A stretch of 63,869 bases of DNA, the filler included, from Atractiella rhizophila (lineage: Eukaryota): NCBI GenBank assembly GCA_021432655.1. It is 4 parts of 4 records of this genome, joined end to end, with 100 filler letters (N's around TTAATTAATTAA, not from the genome) between each part and the next. Parts side by side here need not be neighbours in the genome. Positions count along the whole stretch, not along the records: positions 26,149 to 57,322 come from MU271340.1; 3 more parts are not named here. One strand, written 5' to 3'. The notes beneath the pieces were generated by a model. It was not told the DNA's origin. It ran no database searches and saw only the letters and a program-made list of their open reading frames with translations. The first letter of the stretch is position 1; every line of letters starts with the position of its first letter. Shown here one piece after another: positions 37,150 through 49,954 of this stretch. Made by a program: the position numbers and the translations under genes.

Positions 37150-38600
37150 AGCCAAAATTATAGCCTTTGGAAGGATAAAGAGGTATCGACAATGTTGAGG
37201 AGCTGTTCCCTCTAAATTATGTTCCATATTCTCGAAGTACTTCTCCTTCTGGATACTTGACCCCTCGCTCTGCCCGATATAGCGCTCGCAAGGAAGTTGG
37301 GGATTAAGATTGAAGGTCCATGGTTCCTTGTGTTGATGGGAAGGTGACGAATAGAGTGAAAGCTCACCGTCGTGCGATCAATGTTCTCAGTAACGTCTCG
37401 AACGTATAAGCGCTCGAGCAAATAAGTCTGCGTTCGACCTCATCATCAGAACATTCATGCTGCCAGACCAGCCGGAAATCCTGAATGAAGTTGTCCCAGT
37501 TTTGAAGGACCGCCTCATACGCTGCGAGATGGACGGGCAGGGGAAGAGAGTACTAGTCTTCCCATTCATTCATCTTGTAATGAGTATTCTTGTATTCGTG
37601 AATGCTTCGAGGAGCAGTCGCGCAGAGGAGAATATGGAGATCAGCTCCAGCGCGTTGCACCATCCCACCTATCGATACCTGATGCTTTGTTGTGAGAAGC
37701 AGCGGCTCGCCCTCGACATCTTTTGCCTTCATGATTCCTGTCCAGATCTTGAATATGAAGGCGATAATGTCCGCAATTGTGAGGTGAGAGATATCAAGGG
37801 GATGAAAAGTGGAGATGTCGATGAAGGGGTTGGGAGGATGGCGCGGCCGGAGGTTCGTTTGATACTTGTGCTCTTGTACACTTTGTTTTCTCATCGCCCC
37901 CGAAGTTGCTCATTGATAGCTCGAGAGCCTCATATTAGTCCTCCGGCGGCTGAAGAAGGTTCTCGTCGTAATGGTTATACCGCTCTGGACACTTGTCGTT
38001 GACTAGAAGGTGTCAGTTGCTGTCATCGTCGATCCAAGGGAAGTAATGTGGCACTGTCCCCGTTGTACCTAGTAGCTGACCTTGTAGCTTACAGAAACGG
38101 CATCCGCATGCCACAATATGACCTGTCCCACCATTGGAGTACACCGATCCAGGAAGATCTCCCACTTTCCCAATAACCACGACTTCCATGCCTGATCGAA
38201 TAGCCAGTGACTTGACGACGCAACAGTAACCTCGTGAAAGAATTGGTGGAAGAATGTGACAATCCGTTTAGGATTGTTAGGGCCAGGGTAATGCACAGGA
38301 GGAAACTATGTTCCTTGCGATAGCGGGTTTTGGGATGTTAACAAGATGCTGTAAGGCCAAAGACCTCGGCGTTATTTTCCGCTCTACGAAACTGGAGAAA
38401 TGCCTTCGCTTGACGCATAAAAGGCGGTCTCACGAGGATCCTCAGAGACCTTCAAAATCCAATTTGTGGAGGCGGTGAAGGCATTCACTGTCGTACCAGT
38501 CTCGATATTGTCTTTGTGCCTTGTCAATTACCTCGACGCTCTATCTTTCCAAAGTCCCGCACAGTGCCGCTGTCTTTTCATGTTCAAATAGAGCTCGCAT
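37150..38600 (-). mobile_element. CACTA/EnSpm-like transposase remnant
   Basis: YPGPNNPKRIVTFFHQF (Tnp2-type PGP..PK motif) and LERLYVR..SFHSIRHLPINTRNHGP..F/PCERYIG (DUF4218-type H..H..GP..FP.ER motif); many stops and frameshifts. Confidence 0.65.
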
Positions 38601-40744
38601 TTGAGGAAGGAAGCCGAGATATGCAAAACGACGTCTAGGAACCCTTGAACCGGGGATTGGCATGCCTGTCCGGCGCTCCTTCCCAATCGATTTCGATTTC
38701 GATTTGATTAATTGATTACGATTTGCGATTTGCAGAGCATTTCATTCACGCGGCAGCTGTGACAGCTAAACACTCGACCTACTACGCCTGCAACACCACC
38801 AGCCTTAATTAAACCCTATTCCGTACCACTGCGTTTTTCCAGGGTCTGATGAGCATCGCTGAATTGGCTGCATAAAACACCAAAACTTTATGTCTTCAAA
38901 GGCGGCTGATAAATTTCACGCCGAAATCCTGCAGTTTTCAGCAGCGAAAAGAAAAGCCAGTGGAGCGAATGAATAAACTTGAATAGATTCTACTCAGAAT
39001 CCGAGCATTTCCCGCTCATTCGACCAAAACGTGATTGAAGACAGGATTGAAGAACTGGTGTTCTTAGGATGACAGTGAATAAAACTTATTTCCTCACAAT
39101 ATTTAACTCTATATCTGGTACAGCTGTAGAGCACGGTTACATTTGTTGTTCTTGATCACAGCATCGCACCAATTGATCGTGGCTTCATTGCTCCTCAAAT
39201 TCGATACAACAGCTGCACACCACGGACAGCATCAGACAGCAAGGATACACGTTAGATGGGACAGCTCACGTAGGGTTCCCCTTTAAACGTAAACGCCATG
39301 CGCGTTCCTGGTTCTATACCCAAAAATGCTGATCAACACATCACTAACGGATCCGCTTAACTACTTACCCCAAGTTACATGGCCCCTACGAACTGGGCCA
39401 ATTATGATTTGCCACGGCCGCTTGTCCTGGTCCTGTTTGTTGAGACATTCGAGAAGTGCAGCCACTGTCTTAAATGTAAAGTAAAGCTCGAAATCAATCC
39501 AACTTGCTGAGATAATTTGACCGACTCACATCTTTTTCTGGTTCCAAGCTCTGTAACATGTTGACAATGGCTTTCTGTTTTTCCTCGCTCATATCTGAAA
39601 AACTTATCTTCTACTTGTAATGACAGATCAGAGACAGATTGACCCATCCATCGTATTGAGAACTCACCACGAGAGACATTACTGCAATAATGACTGTTTT
39701 GCACAATCTCGTTGTCAATCGTCCTGAATCAGATCAAGATGTATTGATTTGAAATTGCCATCTCCGCCTGCATTCCAAAAATGCTTCCGGGTGGACGGGC
39801 CAGGACGGCACTGTCCTACTGCCTTATTCTCTTCTTCCAAATGACTCTGCTAGACACCTGGCTAGACACCACCTTCTTCTATCAGTCTTACGCATTTTCC
39901 CACCTCATTCAACCTTCCATTTGCTGACATAACTCGCACGTGCCTGCAACATCCCGTAACTCCTGAATAAACCTTTCTTCTGGAAATGTTAGGCAAACCA
40001 CAAATTTCCCATCATTCCCCATCAGTCTACACGCAGGTTAAGGCATGCAGTTTAAATGGACAAACAATATGAGATTCTTAAAGCCACAAAGAGATCACCA
40101 GTTACAGTATCACTTAAAAGTGTATATCCTTAGACCCATCTTTAGGCGCAGGTTGGCGTTGAGGACGGAGTTGCAGGTTGAGACGGAATCGAGCAGACTA
40201 TTTGGAGACTAGGAGACATCGAAGCCAGTACTACTTTATTCGGTTGCAAGAATAGCAAAGAAGATAACTTGGAGCTCGCTTGGAGACAAAAAGGGCTGGA
40301 GATGTGAATTTATTTGTCAGACATTGCGAGAAACAGGCATAAAGCGAAGAGAAGTGATCGAGATAAAGTAGACAGCCTTGTCGAGAACGTCAACGGATGA
40401 GAGAAATAAAAGAAGGGGAAGAAAAGTGGCATTGTTCGGGTGGACGAAGTAGAGTTTTGTTTTTGAGAATTCAAACCATCTTTAAAAATAATACGAAGTT
40501 TACTATAACTCAAAAAAACAGAAGGAATACCAAAATTTCCGAACAGTAATCAGTTACCCAAGGGAAAAGAGCAGCCAACAGGCATCACCTTTTTGGACAC
40601 CATCGATGACCTGTGGGTTTACATTGACATACGCATAATTAGGGAACAACTTGGTGCTGAGGTGTAACCTATCCACGATAGTGTTCGACAACGCCGGGCA
40701 TTGGGTCTATTTGAATAAGGAAGCAACGTTGTTGGCATCCAGAG

Positions 40745-41345
40745 GACAGTGGCAATCGCGTATTTAGGAGGAGGGCTTAGGGAATGGCCAAAAACTCTCG
40801 TCCGATGTGTCAAACGGATGGAGACTTGCCACTGGGAGCGCGTAGCTGGAGGCGTTGACACTCGGAAGATGGTGGGAATCGCGCATTTGGTAGGAGGAGG
40901 CATTAGGGAATGGCCAAAAACTCTCGTTCGACGTATCAAACGGATGGAGGCTTGCCACTGGGAGCGTGTAGCTGGAGGCGTTGACACTCGGAAGACGGTG
41001 GGAATCGCGCATTTGGTAGGAGGAGGCATTAGGGAATGGCCAAAAACTCTCGTTCGACGTATCAAACGGATGGAGGCTTGCCGCTGGGAGCGTGTAGCTG
41101 GAGGCGTTGACACTCGGAAGACGGTGGGAATCGCGCATTTGGTAGGAGGAGGCATTAGGGAATGGCCAAAAACTCTCGTTCGACGTATCAAGCGGATGGA
41201 GGCTTGCCACTGGGAGCGTGTAACCGGAGGCGTTGACACTCGGAAGACGGTGGGAATCGCGCATTTGGTAGGAGGAGGCATTAGGGAATGGCCAAAAACT
41301 CTCGTTCGACGTATCAAGCGGATGGATGCTGGCTGCTGGGAGGAC
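40745..41345. repeat. 120-bp coding minisatellite, about 5 copies
   Basis: Near-identical 120-bp units; overlapping long ORFs on both strands repeat every 40 aa. Confidence 0.95.
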
Positions 41346-42162
41346 GTAGTTGGAGGCGACGTTGACGAAAGCATCGTTGATACTCGGATGAGTAGGGTCT
41401 AGCTGTGATTCCATCCCCGTCGAGGGATCTGAGGTAGCGACGAAGATGTGGTCGCGAGGCTCTGACATAGGATGAGGGGGCGATTGAGGATCCGCCTCCA
41501 CAGGGATGCATGACGGATGTGATGGGACGATAGATTGTAATGTGGATTGCCATGCCTGTTCGACTATTTCCGTGGCAGCAGGACTGAACTGGGAATCTTT
41601 GGATGTCGGAAGGTCGAGGACATCTTGTCTGAGATTGTGTGCAGAGCAGGACAACGAACTAGCAGGTGCTTTATGTTGGTTGATTTCGACCTGATTGGCA
41701 CGCTCCGCTGCCCTTGCAAGCTTACGTAACAGAGCGCTGTTCTCCTTCCGCAATCGTTCATTTTCTTTTTCCAAATCCTTGAGCCTCTCCTCCATGCTGC
41801 GATAGTCTGCATAATTGATCAGCGAGATTATGGAATGGATTGTGAATACCAGAAGAGGACAGGTAGACAAATCCTTCACGAAGGATGCAACTCTCCTGTA
41901 ACCCTTTCCTGCAGCGCTTCTCAAAACAGATCTGTACGAAATGATCCACCTACTTTGTACAGAAATCACACGGGAAGCGTGTTCCTCTTCGCCTCACACA
42001 CTTGATCTTCCTTTGTTCGCATAACTACGCTATCCATTTAGTAACAGTCTCACCAGTCGCTGCACGAACCAAACAGCTGTTACCAGGAATTAATCATGCA
42101 AATCGATAGGTGAAAAGGAAATAGCACCTGAATTTGGGCTTTTTGGGCGGGGGGTTCGGCAT
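40764..42162 (-). CDS. Zn(II)2Cys6 transcription factor with coiled coil and 40-aa tandem repeats
   Basis: Spliced micro-exons give MPNPPPKKPKF-SCLLCEQRKIKCVRRRGTRFPCDFCTKKGLQESC (C-x2-C-x6-C-x9-C-x2-C-x8-C), then MEERLKDLEKENERLRKEN and repeats containing SNESFWPFPNAS. Confidence 0.75.
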
Positions 42163-42539
42163 GCGGGAAGGACCTGGAATATAGACGGACTCTTGATGCT
42201 TGTCTCTTGTCCCTGACGTTGTCTCAATCTGAAAACGAACAGAGAACGGAATATAGGTGAGAAGAAGCTAAGGAGCTTGAAGAGGTGTAGAGACAAGACT
42301 GAAATGAAGACGTCCTTGAGGGGCTTCTGCTAGATTGGTCGTCTTCGGATGACGGACCATCACGCGGATATAATTAACTCCGCGGCCGGGAATTTCGGGC
42401 CTCGGAGTTAATGATAATCACGGTAAGAAGTGTGACGATTTGACTTAAAACCCGATTTGTTGATACACTCTGCCACTGCAATTACGATGAGCAGGAGTTC
42501 TCGAAATTTTGATTGTTGCTGATACTCATATTTGCCGAC

Positions 42540-44845
42540 CTAGACTACAAAATAGAGCTGGGCGGATGAAATCAGGGGTACATCTACTCTTCTCACAAAG
42601 AAAGGGTCAAAGGAGACACTCGATGTAGTAAGCACCAAGCACGGCTGGGGCGGTATGCAACAGGCACGGAGATGGCAGAGAGGTTGCTCAAGAAACAGAA
42701 ATTCGAGACTGAGCTCCAAGCACGTCGAGTTCGAGCATTGGAGTGCTTCTTCAACCTCATGAAGACTGGCAGGTATACCCGTCTCAAGACATCGCAAACA
42801 GCAGCCGCAGCTCATCGTTTCGGGATGTCTTACGGAGCGAAGAACATCCGAAGCTGGGCGGACCGGTTTGAAACTGAGCAAGGAGCACTCCCTATGTCTA
42901 ACCGTGGTCTGTCTTCCTGTGCTAACCTTTGGACATTGCAAGCTGATGATCTGCAAGACCAACATGCGAAAACCTTCTCTCTGTTGAATGATCCAGAGCA
43001 TTGTGAGATGCTGAGAGCTTGGGTTCGGCAGGAAAAGGAGAACATGGATCCAGCCAAATTGGCGGCCTATTCTCAGAATGTATTGATCCCATCTCAACTT
43101 GAGAAATCAGTGAAAGAGGAGTTGCACACTGAGATGCCAATGAGGCTGAAGGGCTATCTGGAGGAGACTTTCTTTCCAATGCTGGGTGGAAACCGAAACG
43201 GGGGATTTCGTTACGGACTGCAAGGAAATGGTTGGGGCGTGAAGGGTTTCGATGGACAGAATATAAAAAGGGACTATATTATGAGTACATCATTACTTTC
43301 ACATATGCATAATGTGCTGATTGGAGTTGAGCAGTGGCCATGAGCGACCTGATGTTGTTGAATATCATCAGAAGGTTTTCGTACCAACCTTCCAAAGCTT
43401 CCTGCCTCGACTGCGCAAATGGTCTTCTGAGGACGTTAACCTTGAAGTGAAGAAACCACTGCCCCCCGAAACTCAGCCTATCGTCCTTGTCGCGCATGAT
43501 GAGTCGACGTGTACTGCCAATGACGGAAAGAAACACTGCTGGATTCTGGATGGTCAAGCAAAGCTACGGAAGAAGGGGCAGGGCCGAGGGATACATCGTT
43601 CAGATTTTATTTGCTCAACATACGGTTGGTTGGAAGAGTGTGGAGAACAGTTGGAGTATGGTAAGAACCATGAAGGGTTCTGGACTGGAGAGAAAATGCT
43701 TAAGCAGGTACGTCATGGGAGACTATCAGAACTTCACTAAAATTGTATAGGTTACGGAAAAGTTTATTCCTGTTTTTGAACGGCTCCATCCCAATCAAAA
43801 GGCGCTGGTGTTGATTGATAATTCCCAAGGTCATAATCATTTTGCAGCAGATGCACTAAGAGCATCTGACATGAATTTGAGACCCGGTAGGCCACTCCTA
43901 TTCCTCTGTGGCACCCACCGTTAACATCCAGTCCAGGTGGGAAAAATGCTCGGATTATGCGGGATGGATGGTTCATGAGGGATGGGCAGAGGATTGGACA
44001 GTCAATGATATGCCCCCCCGATCACCCTGACGCTGGAAAACCGAAGGGAATGGAGCTGGTGTTGAAGGAACGAGGCTTGTGGCTGGAGAAGGGTCTGAAA
44101 GGTCGATGCAAGCAAGCAACTGACCATCAAGCAGACCATACATGTTGTGCTGGTGAGTAACATCTTACATTCCACCATCTAATACTCATTTCATGGCACA
44201 GAGCGTTTACTTGCATCACAGCCTGACTTCCGTGCCCAAAAAGGAGCAGTGGTCGAAGCAATTGAAGCAGCTGGGCCTATGCCTTAATGCTTCCGAAGTT
44301 TCATTGTGAGCTTAATTTCATTGAGTTTTTTTGGGGAAGAATGAAGTACTACCTTAGAGGTTTGCAGCTTCTCCGGATGTTGACAAGTTACTGATTACTT
44401 CAACAGAAAACTGCCGGTACACCTTTGAAGGATTGAAGGAGAACATGCATGCGGCTCTCAAGTCTGTGCAACTGTCCACTATCAGAAAGTTTGAGAGAAG
44501 AACTCACAGATGGATCCAAGCTTATGCCGAGGGCAAGGATGTCATGCAAGCTGGATTCCAAGTGCACAAGTATTCATCACACCGACGTGTTCCAGAAGTA
44601 GCTGCTGCAACAGGGGAGCAGGAGGTTTAGGCTTGAGGGTTTGTACATATACTAGGGTTTCCATTTAATACTATGAACAGTCTGAATACATTAATGCATT
44701 TCACTGTGGGCAGCTCACACATATGCATGTGAGGAGCCAGGACTTCAGAAGCAGGATGACAGGAAAAATTTTCTGAGATTTGGGACCTGTGAGTCATGGT
44801 GACTCATGCTGTAGCCTCTGATGTGGGACTAGCGGACCTGCACCA
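42540..44845 (+). mobile_element. Tc1/IS630-like DDE transposon, 3' half with right TIR (44800-44845) followed by TA
   Basis: GHERPDVVEY, VAHDESTCTAND, KKGQGRGIHRSDF, GKNHEGFW, DNSQGH, PKGMELVLKERGL, QPDF, LPKFHCELNFIEFFWG; frameshifts near 43190 and 44275. Confidence 0.85.
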
Positions 44846-44847
44846 TA

Positions 44848-45334
44848 GGAAACACATGCTGAAAACTGGGAAATACGTTTGGAAACATGGAAAGACATTT
44901 TGGAAAGCTAGGAAATACATTCTGAAAACTTGGTAATATGTTTGGAAACATGGGAAACACATTCGGAACACTGTTAGCAGACGCTGTCGTCCATGTCGAC
45001 CCATGGTTCTAGTGCAGGAACAGGTGTAACTGTGGGAAAGCTGGGAAACACGTTTACAAACCTGGTAAACACGTTTGGAAACATGGGAAACACATTTGCA
45101 AAACTGGGAGCAGACGCTGTCGCCAATGTGGACCCATGGGTCTAGTGCAGGAACGGTTGTAACTGTGGGAAAGCTGGGAAACACGTTTACAAACCTGGTA
45201 AACACATTTGGAAGCATGGAAAACACATTTTTGGAAAGCTAGGAAACACATTCTGAAAACTGCAAAACACGTTTGGAAACATGGAAAGACATTTTGGAAA
45301 GCTAGGAAACACATTCTGAAAACTTGGTAATACG
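44848..45334 (-). repeat. 21-bp-period satellite (consensus-like TGTTTCCCATGTTTCCAAACG), inverted block
   Basis: Repeating GGAAAC motifs with a higher-order unit containing CCATGG/GTCGAC. Confidence 0.9.
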
Positions 45335-45666
45335 TTTAAGCGGTGCGAGGACTTTTCCTCTTCTTTTCATTGCAAAACTAATATGCTTTCTGCTTTATAT
45401 CGAGTATACATTGTACGAATTTGGTGGGAGATTCTCTGGATGTGGTGGGAGCGTCAAGAGACAGCTGCCCAGGTGGAAGTGTTAGTTATAGTGTGTAGTT
45501 TTGGTCATCTGCCTCTTATGACTCATATGAGTTATCACTATGTAGTTTAGTTTTGCCTAGGAGTGTTGATGCTCATTATTGACCAACTACTCCTAGGTAT
45601 GTCTCTCTATACTTCATCAATGCCTCATTATTGACCACCAACTACTCCTAGCCTTAGATCCTTGCA
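45335..45666 (+). mobile_element. Copia 3' fragment: 3' internal tail plus LTR (45480-45666, with 55-nt insert)
   Basis: Near-identical to 56492-56826; TG..CA termini. Confidence 0.88.
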
Positions 45667-46544
45667 CAAATGTGTTTCCCAGTTTTCCAAATGTCTTTCC
45701 CATGTTTCCAAACGTGTTTCCCTGCTTTCCCACAGTTACAACCGTTCCTGCACTGGAACCATGGGCCGACATTGACGACAGCATCCGCTCCCAGTTTTCT
45801 GAATGTGTTTCCCATGTTTCCAAACATGTTTCCCGGTTCGTAAACGCAGCTTTCCCATAGTTACAAACGTTCCTGCACTAGAACCATAGGTCGACATTGG
45901 CGTCTGCTCTCAGTTTTCCAGATGTGTTTCCCATGTTTCCAAACACGTTTCCCAGCTTTCCCACAGTTACAACCGTTCCTGCACTGGAACCATGGGTCGA
46001 CATTGACGACAGCGTCTGTGCCCAGTTTTCCGAAAGTGTTTCCCATGTTTCCAAACGTGTTGCCCAGGTTTGTAAATGTGTTTCCCAGCTTTCCCGCAGT
46101 TATGTTTCCAACCATGTTTCCTGTAAAGATCTAAGGCTAGGAGTAGTTGGTGGTCAATAATAAGCACCAACACTCCTAGGCAAAACTAAACTACATAGTG
46201 ATGACTCATAAGAGTCATAAGAGGCAGATGACCAAAACTACACACTACAACTAACATTTCCTAGTTTTCCAAATGTCTTTCCCATGTTTCCAAACATGTT
46301 TCCCAGTTTTCCCACGGTTACAAATGTTCCTACACTGGATGCTGGATTAACCACTGAGCTAAAATGACTAGTCATTTACTAACAGTGCAGATTAACCCTT
46401 TGTACCCAAGTTCAACACTGGAACCATGCGTCAACAATGACAACACCGTCTGTTCCCAGTTTTGTAAACATGTTTGCTGGTTTTGCAAATGTGTTTCCCA
46501 CGCTTGCAAATGTGTTTCCCAGGTTTTGAAACGTGCTTCCCAGG
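45667..46544 (+). repeat. 21-bp-period satellite with higher-order unit, interrupted by a solo LTR
   Basis: TGTTTCCC repeats plus a recurring GTTACAACCGTTCCTGCACTGGAACCATGGGTCGACATTGACGACAGC block. Confidence 0.9.
46122..46256 (-). mobile_element. Solo copia LTR (135 bp, insert-less) with 5-bp TSD TTTCC
   Basis: Reverse complement of the LTR at 52528; flanked by TTTCC at 46117-46121 and 46257-46261. Confidence 0.92.
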
Positions 46545-49315
46545 TAGGGTGCAGGGTAATACCTTACCGTTCTGCCATTCAGGTATTGCTAAAGGTATCG
46601 CCAATGTTCTGTCACAGCGACTTTTTTGTTCTGCCATTGTTCTGCCCGGTGGCCACATCGGTTAGCTGCCATGCCGTTTTGGGATCTTAATTTTGCGTGT
46701 AACTTTGAAATTTTTTTGATGTGCTCTATTTTTATTGTAATTGTTTTGTCTTGTGTTGTTCTTTTCAAATCGACCCCGTTACGAGAATGCCAAAACAAGA
46801 GTATCCACTCACTGCAAAATATTTCCTTCGTGTTAGCCAGAATCCTAAGAACAATTGATGTGAGTTACCGCAGAACTTTGGTAATAGAATGGAATGTAAC
46901 CTTGAGTTTCCTGTAGACCGCGTCAAGTGTAAAGCATGCAACAAAGAATTCGAGAGTCAGACAAGCATTGTCAAAGAACACCTGGCCAACAGTTGTTTGA
47001 AGATCAGCCCAGAAGATTGAGAGTATTGTGTCAACTTCATTACGATGCATGGCGCTGGAGATGCGACTCTGGATTTGGATCCTGACATTATCGAAATTAC
47101 TCTGGCCCCAGTTTCCAAGACTCACAACAAATTTCAGGTGGGAGTTCTACCTCTTCTAGCTTTGCCAGATTCTGCACAGCAAGTTTCTTCAAAGGGATCT
47201 CAATCAAAGTCATCCTGTTCACTTTCTAAAAAGCAAAAGACACTCCTTCTGTTCGGGATAGCCTGCCTTCTTGTCATTGACCCCTTTCCAAAATCTGTTG
47301 CCCAGATGCATGATAAGAGACTGCTCCTTGCAATGATAGACAATTCAGTATCATTTTCACTTGTTAATAACCCATTCTTTCACCGATGGGTGAACGGTAT
47401 TCAACCAAACTATAGTGTGCTTGAAGAAACAGCATTCAGAACAGATCTGTTAACAGAATTCTATGCTGACATTCAAAAGAAAAACATAGAGATTCTAAAG
47501 ACAGCCGACAACATCAGTCTTGGCCCGACGGATGGGAGGATCAGCAGAAGAGATCCATTTACCTATTGCTTGCAATGGTAAAAGGGCATGATCCTATTAT
47601 CCTCGAGCTCCAAGATCTCAGTGATGTCCGTCATACTGCTTTCTGTCTGCAACAGTTTGTCAATGAATCAATTGTTAGAGCTGGAGTTAGTTGGGACGCT
47701 GTTTCTTCTCTGTTTATGGATTCACCTTCTACAATGATAAAGTTATGGGCAGATCTTGAGAAAGAACATTCTTCATTGCTTATTGGGCCATGTTCTCTGC
47801 ATCACTTCACTCTTTTGATCCATGATATTTGTAGTTTTGTCGAAGCTTCTGCACTTATTAAAGAAAATTCTGCTATTATTCGCTTTTTACAACTTCTCAT
47901 ATTTGGAAAGCCAGATTAGGTGACATACGCAAGCTTGAGAATGTTACCCGTAGCTTGAGAAGTGAAGTCGCAACAAGATGGTACTATATTGGACATCTCC
48001 CTGTGCTCTTATTGGTCACAAGTATGATGTGTTAGATTAACCATTGAGCTAAAATGACTAGTTATTTACCAACAGTGCAGATTAACCCTTTGTACCCAAG
48101 TTCAACATGATGTCTATCTTTTCACTTACTCACAGATCCACTAATGTAAATGTTGGTATTAGGTCTGCTTTCAGAAAGATTAGCACACATTCAGAGGCAA
48201 CAAAGCACTTCGATCAAATGGATTTGGAGCAAGAGAAAGACCCCGATATCGGCTGGGAGAACTTAGTCGTCGAGTATGCAGTTTCGTGTTTCAAGAACTG
48301 GTTCCACGCCATCGATTCCGACCTCCTTTTCGTCGCCCTTTACCTTCATCAATGTGCTGTGGAATCGCCGTTTCCTGATACATAGTGAACTCTCGCAACC
48401 TCACCAATGTCAAATCCTTCTTATTTCAACGTGCGGAGCGCTGGAATCTTTCCAGCAAAGCCTCTGCCCTTCTTTGGGACAATGTCGACGGGTATCATAA
48501 CTCTTACAGTCTTCAAGCGCAAGCAATTGGTCGTGATCAAGCAATGGACCACTTACAACAAGAGAGAGAAAGGAGAAGGGAAAGAATTTCAACGGAGAAA
48601 AGGTGGAAGACAAGACAAGTTGGAGGCACAACCATCGAGGAGATTGAAGGTTTGTTTTTTCCAATTTCTTGACGATCTTGCAAGCTATTCACATTAATAC
48701 TGTAGATTACAACGAGCTGGAAATCATTGGAGACCTTGAGGAAGTTGTATCTGCCGATGAGGATCTTGTAACTTACAGCAGGAGTTGAAGAAGGCAAAGG
48801 AGGAAATAGCCGAAGTGACACAACTTGGACAAGAGCACCTTCCCCGACCCTCTGGCCGCTACAATCTCATCGCTTATGATGCGATGCTTTAGAATGGAAC
48901 AGCAGCTAAGACGACGAGACCGTCGTTGTCGGAACATCAAGGCACCGCAGATTCGTCGCCTGGAATGCAAGCGAAATTCTTTAAGTGAATCTCGCGAAGT
49001 CTCAGCAGCGACATGGCAACGAAGAGCGCTTCTCAAGGAGTGAAGGAGGGTCATCTTCTGTGGTATGCATTCCTGCAGCTTTCCCGATGGTTCTAAGAGC
49101 AGAAGATTCACGATCAGATGTCGCGAGCAAGTGTGCCTGTCTCAATTGACCATTTGAGCCGTGGGAATCCCTTTATTATATGCTTCTTTGAAATAAATGA
49201 TATTGCCTGACTGCTAGATATGCCCACAATCCTCTGAAACTGCAATTTAGCGTTCTGCCCTTCTGCCATGGCAATACCTTATGTTCTGCCACGCCCCAAA
49301 ATCGTATTGTCCCTA
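46545..49315 (+). mobile_element. hAT transposon (BED finger + DUF659-type transposase), degenerate, inserted in the satellite
   Basis: VKCKACNKEF..VKEHLANSC (BED), VSFSLVNNPFF, DGWED, RHTA, CSLHHFTL, VATRW; imperfect TAGGG/CCCTA ends and GTTCTGCC subterminal repeats; frameshifts. Confidence 0.8.
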
Positions 49316-49498
49316 AGGCTATTCCCAGGTTTCCAAACATGTTTCCCAGGCTTACAAACGTGTTTCCCAGGTTTCCAAACGTGCTCTCCAGGTTTCCAAA
49401 TACGTTTCCCAGTTTTCCCACATTTATAAATGTTCCTGCACTGGAACCATAGGTCAACAATCGACAGCGTCTGTTCCCTGTTTAGCCAAAGTGTTTCC
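49316..49498 (+). repeat. 21-bp-period satellite block
   Basis: TGTTTCCCAGGTTTCCAAAC units. Confidence 0.85.
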
Positions 49499-49785
49499 TG
49501 TAAGGATCTAAGGCTAGGAGTAGTTGATGGTCAATAATGAGCACCAACAGTCCCCGGCAGAACTAAACTACAGGCAAGTGATGACTCATACCAGTCAGAA
49601 GATGCAGATGACCAAAACGACACGCTCCAACTAACAATTCCACCTGGGCAGCTGTCTCTTGGCGCTCCCACCAAATCCAGAGAATCTCCCACCGAATTCA
49701 TACAATGTATGCCCAACATAAAGAACAAAGTATATTAGTTTTGCAATGAAAGGAAGAGGAAAAGTCCTCATACCGCTTAAAGCGG
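49499..49785 (-). mobile_element. Copia 3' fragment: LTR (49499-49636, insert-less) plus 3' internal tail
   Basis: Diverged reverse complement of 56488-56826 lacking the 55-nt insert; TTTCC flank. Confidence 0.85.
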
Positions 49786-49954
49786 GAATGACGAACCTAT
49801 GCACTTTATATCTCTCGGCGCGTTATCACTGTTCATTGTGCATTGTGAGTCCAATCGAAGGCGTGGCACTACGAGCATCATTAGATCATAATCCTTGCAT
49901 GAGCAAGTAATGTACATATCAGGCTTGTTGGCGTTCCCAAACTTATCTGATGAA

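Noticed and set aside
40619..41402. Overlapping 251-aa and 217-aa ORFs suggesting triple coding
   Set aside because: A by-product of a stop-free 120-bp repeat.
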